This document shows, one piece after another, positions 9,586 to 19,366 of a stretch of 20,010 nt of DNA; position 1 is the first letter of the stretch; every line of letters starts with the position of its first letter. Below the pieces are notes generated by a model. It did no database searches, was not told where the DNA came from, and was given only the letters and a program-made list of their open reading frames with translations. The translations under genes were made by a program, and so were the position numbers. Origin of the DNA: Spizellomyces punctatus DAOM BR117 (lineage: Eukaryota); NCBI GenBank assembly GCA_000182565.2, contig KQ257471.1. One strand, 5' to 3'.

Positions 9586-10329
9586 ATGAAAAAGTTGATT
9601 CTCGATAGCAACAGGGCGACGAACGGAAACAAGAATGAACCTAAATGGACTCTAGCCGAACCCATCACATGTGATAAAATTTGATACAATTCGATCATTT
9701 TGCCCCTTTCGTGGGACATAGTAAATGACAAGAACAATATTGTCTCCTTTTATGATGCTGGGATGGGTAATGCTGCAAAGACTTTTGCTATTCCTCCTGG
9801 GACATATAGCCCTGATGATTTGGTCGATGCACTGACTGCTGGATTTAACTCGACTGGGACGCAAGCATACACCGTAGAATACAATCATATAAACAATCAA
9901 ATCACAGTGACCGCGGGTACAACACCATTCAAAGTTCTCTACCCTCAAACCACAGCAAGCAAACTGCTCGGATTAGTTCAGACGCAGCAATCTGACCCTG
10001 GGAGATCAATAACTTTTGCGAATCCAATCGATTTGACAGGTGTTAAGATGGTGCTCGTCTCATCATCAAACTTACGTTCTAATGATGTTGTAGTTGCTGG
10101 AGCCGATGATCTGAATATTCTAGCATCGATTCCAATAAGCCAGGAAATAGACACCGTGCTGTGTGCGCAGAATTATTTCGATACCGACTTCATTGACACG
10201 GAGTCAGGCCTTGTTAGTACCATCGACATCCGTTTGCTTGATGCTGAAACGCTATTGCCGATTGATTTACAGGGCAAAGGGTTCACTTTGGTTCTTGATT
10301 GTCATTCCTCCGGCTTTGCAGATGATTAA
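9586..10329 (+). pseudogene. Minor capsid protein (penton, single jelly-roll), one in-frame TGA
   Basis: ATG 9586 reads MKKLILDSNRATNG...LAEPITCDKI*YNSIILPLSWDIVNDKNN, in frame with ORF 9700-10329; TGA at 9682-9684. Motifs LDS, IPPGTY, KLLG, ILASIP and IDIRLLD...IDLQG are typical of PLV/Polinton pentons. Confidence 0.82.
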
Positions 10330-10356
10330 TTTTTTTTCATTTGGAACATGTAAAAG

Positions 10357-10674
10357 ATGTTGCGTCAAAAATTCGCAAACTTTCTCTCAAGTGCAAAGAA
10401 CTTTGGTCTTCGAGCATTGAACAGTTACAGCAAAGTAAACAATGGAATTCGACAATTTGTAAACCATGCTGGCCAAGCCAGAGATATTTATGGAAAGGTT
10501 CATCAATCTCTAGTCCATGACGAATCTGTACCCATCAAAGTAAGAGAGACAATTTCACGAGGATGAGGTTATATCAATGATCTCCATAAAGGTCTAGGGC
10601 GATCCTATGAGATCCAACAGAATTTTGATTCAGCGCTAAGGAAATTGCTTCCTGTCGAATTAGCGGGGTATTAA
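10357..10674 (+). pseudogene. Hypothetical 105-aa basic, amphipathic protein, one in-frame TGA
   Basis: ORF 10357-10566 continues in frame past TGA 10564-10566 (ISRG*GYINDLHKGLGRSYEIQQNFDSALRKLLPVELAGY) to TAA 10672-10674. Confidence 0.6.
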
Positions 10675-10688
10675 TGCTACTTTTAGCG

Positions 10689-10967
10689 TCAAATGATTTC
10701 ATTCAAGTCATCAATGTAAAGAGGATTTTCAGGAATAATAACATACTCGTTCCAGTTAATACCACTCACATCAGCGTCTGGAATGATGGTTTCCTTACTG
10801 TATATATTCATCATGCCTGAGCCCGGCATTGGCACTCCGAGTTCATTCGCAGAGTGAATGAACGAGTCAGAATCGTCTTTGACGGTTCCTCCGCGCCCAG
10901 CATGCCTTTCAGCCAACTTCCTCCTCAAACGCTCTTGTATCCGTTCCTTCCTTTGTTGAGACAACAT
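10689..10967 (-). CDS. Hypothetical protein
   Basis: Probable start MLSQQRKERIQERLRRKL at 10967, downstream of an AT-rich divergent spacer (10968-11017). It ends TGA-CGC-TAA and contains two degenerate copies of the GC-rich repeat. Confidence 0.55.
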   Translation of the reverse strand: MLSQQRKERIQERLRRKLAERHAGRGGTVKDDSDSFIHSANELGVPMPGSGMMNIYSKETIIPDADVSGINWNEYVIIPENPLYIDDLNEII

Positions 10968-11017
10968 GCTTCTTTTTTTTAATAATACTAATATAGTAAA
11001 ATACAGAATAGAACGAT

Positions 11018-12037
11018 ATGTATGTTGCCGAATTGGTAAAACTATTACAGAAGGGCAACACTGATGTAACTGATTACAACTCTGAGCAGGTCGAACATGA
11101 TGTGTTTTGGAGAGAGAAGAGAAAATGGGTTGATTCAAAGTTACCTACAGGCTATTTCAAGCACCCGCTGTTAAACAAGTATCGTTCATTTGGTAAGGTT
11201 GATACACAATTCGTCAGTGACCCATACTATATTGAAATTGATAATAGACGCTTCGGTGAACTAAGGGATGCTAACGGCCGGTCTTTGGATCCTGATACCT
11301 TTCAGCCAGTTGTTTCAGATGCAGAACTCAAACGGATGGCTTCCAGGCATTCAGTTGATTACCGTCCCAAATCTAATCAAGAGACTCGGTATCCGATAAT
11401 CCATGGTCGCGATGGATACAAAAATGACATAGATTTGAATGCACGCATCAGACAAATGCGCGAAGGTTATGAGAATTTTATACAAAAGGAGAGGGCTATA
11501 GAAAGAGAAAGACGTGAGAACATTGCTAACATACAGCGTTTCCGCTCTTCACATGGTATTCACAATCCTGGGGAGAGTTTGCTAGAAACAACTGGCTTAG
11601 GAACGCGGGGCACAGACATTTCTGCCTCAAGAGACTCATTCAATGTACAACGTGGACGACCTACTCCTGCGTTGTCTGAGAACATCTTTTATGAGGAAGG
11701 AGGCACGCCACCTACACAATGGGTTCTACATAGGCGATCTGATTCAGATCTTGAAAGGGGTATAATGACACCATTACCTTTATCACCAACCTCAGGCTTA
11801 CCATCACTAGCGCCGATGGATGACTCACCATCTCCGTCTCCATCTAGAACAAGGCAGCCCACGCCTAAACAACTATTCAAAAGTATTCTAAAGAGGAACC
11901 CTCGAGGCGGTTTCATGCATCCTGTTATACCGGGCAAAAATATGCCCGAGAGATTGCCTGAATTTAGACAAATGGTCAAAGCATTTAAAGACAATAATAA
12001 TCGACCATTGTCAACTTGGACGAATATCAAACTATAG
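11018..12037 (+). CDS. Hypothetical protein (339 aa; coiled coil and Pro/Ser-rich region)
   Basis: Long ATG ORF after an AT-rich spacer. No family was recognised. Confidence 0.7.
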   Translation: MYVAELVKLLQKGNTDVTDYNSEQVEHDVFWREKRKWVDSKLPTGYFKHPLLNKYRSFGKVDTQFVSDPYYIEIDNRRFGELRDANGRSLDPDTFQPVVSDAELKRMASRHSVDYRPKSNQETRYPIIHGRDGYKNDIDLNARIRQMREGYENFIQKERAIERERRENIANIQRFRSSHGIHNPGESLLETTGLGTRGTDISASRDSFNVQRGRPTPALSENIFYEEGGTPPTQWVLHRRSDSDLERGIMTPLPLSPTSGLPSLAPMDDSPSPSPSRTRQPTPKQLFKSILKRNPRGGFMHPVIPGKNMPERLPEFRQMVKAFKDNNNRPLSTWTNIKL

Positions 12038-12078
12038 CGCTGAAGTATGTTTTTTTATTTTCTATTTACAAAGCTAAA

Positions 12079-12888
12079 ATGCCTAAAAAAAAGGAATCTA
12101 TACCGGCGCAGAGCCAAATGCCGGCAGGCATACCTGACCAGGACATTACAGATGAAGAACAAAGTTTGAATGATGATGATGAAACTAATGACGATGATCA
12201 TCAAGACTATGTTCAAGAACTTGTAAACAAATATGCCGGCGCAGAGCCAAATGCCGGCAGGCATGCCGGGCGCGGAGTGGCCAATCCCGGCAGGGATGCC
12301 GATCCAGGCAGGGATACCGGAGAGGTCAATACCAGCGCTCCCAAAAAACGTACTGCATCAGAGAAGCAGCGAGCACATTTAGAAAAAAGCCGAGAAAAGG
12401 CTCTTCAGGTTAGACGAGAACTTGCCGCCAAGAGAAAAGAAGAGAGAGAACTAGAAAAGAAGAGAAAAGAGGATGAACGGATTCTTGCTAAGGCCGAAGC
12501 CCTTAGAGTGGAACAGGAAAAATGTGTCGAGGCTAGGCTCCGCAACTATATGAAGGACTTACAAAGTCACAAGACTAAAGCGAAGCGAATTAAAACGCCA
12601 ATACCGAAAAAAAGACGGCAGATTGTAGTTGAGGAATCATCAGATGATTCTTCAGATGATGATGATTATCAGGTTGTTAAAGTCATCAAGAGAAAGAGAA
12701 CTCGCCCTGTTCATCCCACTCGCGCAGATGTAGTCCGTTTTAAAAATGGACATGAGTATGTCGGGCACGCAGAACCATATCCCAGTGCAGAGCCATATGC
12801 CGGCAGGCATGCCGGGCACGGAGTGGCCAATCCCGGCAGGGATATCATGCGTACCAAACCACCATCGATCTTTGATGACATTGTATAG
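12079..12888 (+). CDS. Hypothetical charged coiled-coil protein carrying in-frame palindromic repeat insertions
   Basis: Probable start MPKKK at 12079 (AAAATG context). It contains KRTASEKQRAHLEKSREKA, a K/E/R coiled coil, an acidic SSDDSSDDDD tract and three repeat-derived segments. Confidence 0.72.
   Translation: MPKKKESIPAQSQMPAGIPDQDITDEEQSLNDDDETNDDDHQDYVQELVNKYAGAEPNAGRHAGRGVANPGRDADPGRDTGEVNTSAPKKRTASEKQRAHLEKSREKALQVRRELAAKRKEERELEKKRKEDERILAKAEALRVEQEKCVEARLRNYMKDLQSHKTKAKRIKTPIPKKRRQIVVEESSDDSSDDDDYQVVKVIKRKRTRPVHPTRADVVRFKNGHEYVGHAEPYPSAEPYAGRHAGHGVANPGRDIMRTKPPSIFDDIV
12232..12320 (+). repeat. GC-rich palindromic dispersed repeat, in-frame intragenic copy
   Basis: TATGCCGGCGCAGAGCCAAATGCCGGCAGGCATGCCGGGCGCGGAGTGGCCAATCCCGGCAGGGATGCC; a shorter copy lies at 12100-12134. 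Confidence 0.9.
12722..12844 (+). repeat. GC-rich palindromic dispersed repeat, composite in-frame intragenic copy
   Basis: GCGCAGATGTAGTCCGTTTTAAAAATGGACATGAG...GCAGAGCCATATGCCGGCAGGCATGCCGGGCACGGAGTGGCCAATCCCGGCAGGGAT. Confidence 0.9.
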
Positions 12889-15168
12889 ACCAAATGTCGG
12901 CATGCAATTCATTTTCTAAGCTATGATGATATAAAGGAATAAGAAGATGCCTTTGCCTAATAGCATTCAAGGCACATATACGGTTCGAAGAAATTTAGAA
13001 GTCCTAGATAATTTCAAGTCCGGAAAAGTTAAAGCCAATTCTATCTATGGAGAGAGCCTACGGAATAAAGATGGTATAGTCACTATACTCGATTTGGATA
13101 GTCAAATGCCTAGTCTCTCCATTCAGAAAAATAAAGGTAAATATACCATCTCTCTTGCCGAGACAACTTATGTTTTTCCATTAATTGATGATGAACATGA
13201 TGTCAGGCTTGTAACAGACGATACTCTGCTTATAACAGAAGACGGCTTATCTGTTAAACCAGAGACACTCCTGCAACCTCTCTATAGGGCTCCCGACTCA
13301 CGAACAGTAAGCCTAAACATTGATGATGATGAACTAAAAGTTGAGGATGGAAAATTAACAGTCATACCTTATAACTATGATTTCCCACTCTACAGGGAGG
13401 CCGAATCACATACGGTTGGTTTACAAGCAGATGATAGTTTGCTTATAACTGAAAACGGTCTATCGGTTAATTTTCCTGATCCTGAGACGCTGAAAAAGCC
13501 GTTGTATCGTGACCAGAGCGGCCTTGGAATCAAACTTCATAAAAGTCTAAAGGTGAACAATAATGACGAATTGGAAACTAACATTCAGTCGGTACTAAAA
13601 GCATTTGGCGCTCTGAAATCGAGTTCAGGTGCTGATACGCTGTTAGACATCGGGTCTTCATGGCTCGACTTTGGATTCGATAGTTTGACCGAAATGACTG
13701 ATGTGTTAGGAGAAGTAGACACCACAGCCATTCGCCTAATGGTAGATAGTACCTCATTCAGCCAAGCGGGTTCGAGATTGTCCCTGAAATCACCCGGATA
13801 TGAACAAATCATGTATGGTAACCTTACTTATGGCTACTCGGGAAGTTCTTCATTCACCTATTCGTCCACGCTTCAGGAGTTGCGTGTACCCAATGTAAAG
13901 TTAAGCGGAACATTGCCTGCGATTGGAGGTGGCTCGTATGCTGTAAGTAAAGACTATCTTTCGCAATTTTATCAAGGCTCTCAAACTGGAGCGATCGCCG
14001 TGAGTCCGGAGGCTGCTGGACGTCGAGAGATAGGCTGTTTGGTCGATAATCAGACCATCAGAATTGTTGGAAATGCACTCACAGGTGGTACATTTTTCAG
14101 GACTTTAATGGCGTATCTATTCGACCTGGAACGACCAATGATGTGGTATTATCTCTTAAATGTGAGGCTGGCAGTTGTCTCCAAATGGTCAAAGCAGATA
14201 CCATTAAAGACGTACTGACTTGCAGCAATGGTATCGAGAGAGTACAGAATGACCTTCAACTCGATCTAAAAGTTGATGCTAACAGCGGTTTGGCTATGGT
14301 CAACAGGGGTACCATACGGGATATCTTTACAGCCTCCCAAGGGGTAAGCAGGGTGGGCAACGAGTTCAGGTTATCTCTTACTGCACAGTCACCCGATCTG
14401 ACTCTAAACAATGGTGTTCTGAGTTCAAACATCGCTGCGGGAATTGGACTGCAAAAAAATGGTGCGATTTTGTCAACGAACCTAAGAGGTATCAATGGAG
14501 TGCAAGTTAGCGGCAATTTGATTTCATGTTCACTTACAGGAAGTGATACCGTCCTTCGAGTAGGGGATACTCTGAAAGGTAATTATGTGGGCAGTACCAA
14601 CTCATATGGAAGTGTGGTCGTTGTTGGTAATACCATTCAGTACAACATGATTCCTCCACAATTTGTGTCTAATTCACCAAATCTCATCATTACAGGTTCG
14701 TACCCACTCTACAACTTTACACTCATTGACCCTATGCCATTATCGAAACAAAGGGATACCGATAATACTGAACAGAGTGATACCGCAGAAGTGTTGAAAA
14801 CTGATGTTCCTGGTGGGAATGTGGTCGTATTGTCCGGGGCTACACCACTGACTACCATTCCATTTCCTGTGATGGTATCTCCACCACTGACAATTCCGAT
14901 GGCTGTCAATAGTATTCTGCCCATCGTCTCAACCTTTCCTTGGGGGATGATTTTCGGAGGGTCACGCAAACGTAAGGTTCAACGAGATGCGGAAGGCCAA
15001 CCTATACTCGATGGAGATGGAAACCCTGTTTACAAACCAATCGACCCTGTTACATTCATGCCTCCATTGGAGCCAGGAAGCAATGTAGCAATTGCAAGTG
15101 ACCCTGTAGGTGGCTGCACTCGTCTCTTGTTTGATACGCCTTCATGCTATCGCACCATCAAATACGAA

Positions 15169-15329
15169 TACCCGCAGCAAGCAATCAATCTCTCAATGTT
15201 AAGAGATTATGATACCAAGTTGATCAAGCCTTGGGTGACAAGCCTGATAATGGCATTACCCGCAGCAAGCAATCAATCTCTCAATGTTAAGAGATTATGA
15301 CACCGAAGTTATCAAACCTTGGGTGACAA
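15169..15329 (+). repeat. Direct duplication, 73-nt unit, 88-nt period
   Basis: 15169-15241 versus 15257-15329: the first 44 nt are identical (TACCCGCAGCAAGCAATCAATCTCTCAATGTTAAGAGATTATGA), the remainder is diverged, and the period causes a frameshift. Confidence 0.92.
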
Positions 15330-16784
15330 CAGGATTAGCATCGAAGCAAAACTTATCTCCTTTGCTTGACAATATCAGTAGTCTGACCCCAGCCGATGGC
15401 ACTTTTTTGATGGGTGGAAATGGTGGTTTTTTCCAGATTGTACCTAAAGATGAAATCCTCAGCGCATATCAGCCGTTGATTACACCAGCGAGTGTCCTTA
15501 ACCTTAGCGGTTTAACGGTACAGAATTCAAATACCAATGCTATGGCAATCACACTAGGAAACACTAGCGCTGCACAGACATGGAATATCCATGTGGCTGG
15601 TTCATCGAATGGAAACCTAATTTCTGGAGCATTAGGCTTTTACTCGTCATACCAAGATAAAGGATACGTATTCCGAATTGACCCATCAGGTAATACGGTC
15701 GTGAGTGGAGGCCTTGGAGTTTCGACCGATGCCTACGTTGGCGGAATGCTCTATATTGCTGGCATTGAAGCCGCAACTCAGAAATTCGTAATTGACAATA
15801 TTGCACCGATTACTCAGTCATTATCTTCATTGACAACGACAGTTACTAACAACAATAATGCCGTTACTACTGCACTCGCATCGAAGCAGCCTATGAACGC
15901 TACAACTAATAGCCTGTACACGATGACGGTGCAGCCTGACTCTTGGTTGTATTCTTCTGCTGGGACTACGATCGAAAATGTGACTTCCAATCAAGTTAAA
16001 GGTATCCTCGATATTGCAACAAATGCTGGTGTGAACACACTGCTTTCTGGGAAACAGAACAACATCACTACATCAACTAATCTGAGTCTTGCTTCTGTTA
16101 CTGCAAATGGTTATTTGAGTGTTCAAAATGCTGCCAATCCCACCTTTATGTCACTGGTAAATACAGCATCAAATGTGACATGGGGACTTCGAGTCGCTGG
16201 TTCTTCAGCCGATGGCTCTAACCCAGCAGGTGGGTTTGGAATCAACTGTTCATATAACAACGTAGGCTATGTGTTCAAGATTTCTAATACAGGTATTACA
16301 CAGATAACAAATACCTCACAGTCAACCAGTTCGACTACAGGAGCACTTCTAGTAAGTGGTGGTTTAGGTGTTGCAAAGGACGTATATGCAGGAGGAAATG
16401 TAATTAGTAGCACCTCTGTGGATGCTCCAAACTGGGTGCAATCTAGAAACATTTCGTCTGGCACTAATGCCTACGCGGCCATTGGTTGTGCCAATGATAG
16501 CGGCAATGGTGCGTTACTTTTCCTCAACTCTTCTACAAGGACTGCTGATGGCTCGTCGAATAACGCTACTCTCCGCAACGACTGCGGGGACATGAACATC
16601 CAAGGAAAATCAGGTCTCGGATTGGGTCTACGGATTGTATCCATTTCAAATGAAGTGAAAGTCTTGACCACTACAGACTCCTCATCTGCAACAACAGGGG
16701 CTTTACAGGTATCTGGGGGTGTTGGAATTGCTAAAAAACTTTGGGTAGGGACAGGATTATATTGCAACAGTCTATATTTGCCGG

Positions 16785-17384
16785 TGTAACGGATTTTTTG
16801 TTGGTAGACTACAGTAAAGACAACTTGGGTCTCCTAGCAGGTTGTGTGGGTGTCCGTACTAGGAATCGTAGTCTCCAAATCCTTTCTTTGGGCGTCGGTA
16901 GCGACTTGAGGGCGAGAGGCAAGGAGAGTCGGTTAGTTGTGAACCGAGCAGGATTTAGAGGCTTCGGTACGGGTGATCAGGCCGTTGAAGCGCTCTGTTA
17001 GGTTCCTGTTAACCTAAGATTGGAGTTGAGAAGCGAGTTATGGGGATTTTTTGTCGCTACGGCTTCTGCCCCCGACTTATTTTATTGAATACATCCTTTT
17101 TATACAAGATTCTTGGATAAACTGTTAAACTAAACTAAACTAATGGGTGTCGCTGCACCGCAACTGATTTATTGGTGGCGGTACCGATCTCTTCCTTTTC
17201 CGCACTGGCTCGGGCCTCCACAGGTTGTACGAGGCACGCTGAAATCTAATGCGCCAATTGCCATTCTCCGAACCGGTTTTTTCGGTCGCGGTAACCCAAT
17301 CGGTGGAGTTGGTCACGCGATTCGTGCTTCCCGCGTCCGATTTGGGCTTACTCGCGATCTCTCGAAGACGTCCTCGTCGTTACA
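16785..17384 (-). mobile_element. Solo LTR of an LTR retrotransposon (600 bp, 4-bp TSD)
   Basis: Termini TGTAACG...CGTTACA (7-bp inverted repeat, TG..CA), with CCGG duplicated at 16781-16784 and 17385-17388. Removal restores the fibre frame (YLP-ATSNGFFLQ). On the minus strand TATAAAAA (17097-17104) is followed by AATAAA (17081-17086). Confidence 0.9.
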
Positions 17385-19366
17385 CCGGCGACGTCAAACG
17401 GCTTCTTTCTACAGTCCAATACCAGCGGTAACGGACAGATATTTCAACTCACAGCCAATAATGTACGGACTCAGTTAACCTTGAGCAACATGGTGTATGA
17501 CGGATATTGTGATGCATGGTTTACTGGGTCTATAAAAGCACACAATCCTACACTGGGCACTGGATTAATAATTAGTTCAAATGGCAACATCATAACCTCG
17601 GTTAATACAAACGGAAATGTGAACATTACACCGAATGGTACGGGGATAGTATTTATAGGCGCTACCACGGATTCATCTTCTTATTCTACAGGTGCATTAC
17701 AAGTTGCAGGAGGTGTTGGAATATCGAAGAATCTCTACTGTGGAGGGAGTCTGTACTCCAATAATTTGAAAGTTGCAACTGAAAGTTATGTAGGGTCAGC
17801 CATTGCAAATAAACAGACATCGAGTCCGCTCCTAGATTCTATCAGTGGACTCGCAATATCAGCGAATTCATTTATTGTTGGAAGTTCTGCTACATCATTC
17901 TCCACGAAAACCATTGAAGAAGTAAAGTCAATTCTAGGCATTACAAATGTCGACCTCTCAGGGAAGCAAAATGCCTCTCCTTTACTCTCTACTCTCGCTG
18001 CGATGTCACCAATGAGCAATATGTTTCTCATGGGAGATGATGTCCAAGGATTCACTCTCACAAATGACATCAAAGTACGAAGCATTTTAAACATTGTTGA
18101 TTATTCCTCAGACATAACTTCATTGCAAGGAAGCATTGCAACCCTACAAACATCATTATCATCAAAGCAGGACACCATATCCAGTAGTACCGCATTATCA
18201 ACAGGAACACTTGTTGTAAATGACATAACCGATTCCACATCAGCCATCACTGGAGCACTTCAAGTGAAGGGTGGAGCAGGAATCGCTAAGAAACTATGGG
18301 TTTCTGGTGCACAAATGACCGTCCAAAATACTAACTATAGTGTTGGCCAAACCAATACCCTCATGTTTTCACACGCAATGCAAAATATATGTTCTATACA
18401 ATCCTATTTGCCTGGTAGTAACAATGTAGACCTGAATTTCTATGTCGGACAAAACAACGCATCTATTCAAAGTATGTCGCTTAATGGAGCAACCGGAAAT
18501 GCTTATTTTGATAGAGATGTCATCATCGGAAACACCAGTGTAAATGCTTTAAGAAGCATTCAGGTCAAGAATGTAGACACAGGAACAAATGCTTGTTCGA
18601 TTTTGTATCTAACTGCATCCGGTGGTTCGTCTGTTCTTTTTATGAATGGAAGTAATCGTTCAGTTGACGGAGCGCAGAATTGTTTGACTCTTCGTAATGA
18701 TGTGGGTGCCTTGCGCCTTCAATCTCAGGGAGCAAAAGGTATTTACGTTTATCCTAACACAGGTAATGTCGTTGTTGAAAGCACCACTCCAGCGTTATCG
18801 AGTACAACTGGTGCTTTGGTTGTCGCAGGTGGACTTGCGGTCGGTGCCCATGTCATATCAGGTGGAAACCTTTATGCAAATACAGCGGTCTACGCTAATG
18901 GACAAAAATGTGCGACTGAACAATGGGTCTCTACACAAGTACAAGCCTTCCCTAAGATTCAGGTGTTCAAGATGCTAACTAAAGATGTAATCACAACTGG
19001 TAGCGGAACAAAGACGTTCTATGTTTCTACAGCCGGCCGGGCATTGATACGCTATACCATCAACTTGCATGGCACCAATAATGCAGGAGGAATGCTCAAT
19101 GTGTATCTAGGAACTAATGCCGGTTCGATGCCGTCAGTCTTTTCCAGTGATTTTAACTATAATGCTGGAGTGAACAGAACAGTTTATGCCTCATTCATCG
19201 TGTCGGGTTTAGTTCCTGATGTAGCATATTTTACCAATTTTTCAGCAGTAAATGCAGCACCGGATACAAGTGCAGACGTAACAATTATAGAGATTACGGA
19301 ACTTGGTGCTTAGAACTCGAACGAGCGCCATTATTAAGAAAAAAATGAAGCTATGAAGACATAAAA

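Larger units (their letters stand above)
12947..19313 (+). pseudogene. Giant fibre/tail-fibre-like virion protein (~1890 aa reconstructed), disrupted three times
   Basis: ORFs 12947-14218, 14143-15300, 15284-16789 and 17481-19313 join into one frame after correcting a 1-nt loss near 14088 (NALTG/YIFQDFNGVSI), the 88-nt-period duplication at 15169-15329 and the LTR plus TSD (604 nt). Shaft-like repeats (PLYR...SLNIDDDELKVEDGKL) and five S/TxSxxTGALxVxGGxG repeats are present. Confidence 0.8.

Noticed and set aside
2943-10566. TGA as selenocysteine or Trp
   Set aside because: The sites are not catalytic Cys positions, the TRK*RYG context favours Arg, TGG is used for Trp throughout, and independent frameshifts plus an LTR show that the copy is decaying. 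Not formally excluded without homologue alignments.
10968-12078. N-terminal extensions of ORFs 10689-11138 and 12016-12888
   Set aside because: The extensions overlap the 11018-12037 gene and cross AT-rich promoter-like DNA; the internal ATGs at 10967 and 12079 fit better.
16741-17478. ORFs 16741-17001, 17143-17478 and 17249-17431
   Set aside because: They lie in or across the solo LTR, show no protein motifs, and are explained by the insertion.
1166-18978. Numerous short antisense or alternate-frame ORFs in the track (e.g. 1465, 5130, 7533, 9300, 11689, 14256, 17786, 18697)
   Set aside because: They are shadows of longer, motif-bearing genes and have no independent coding evidence.
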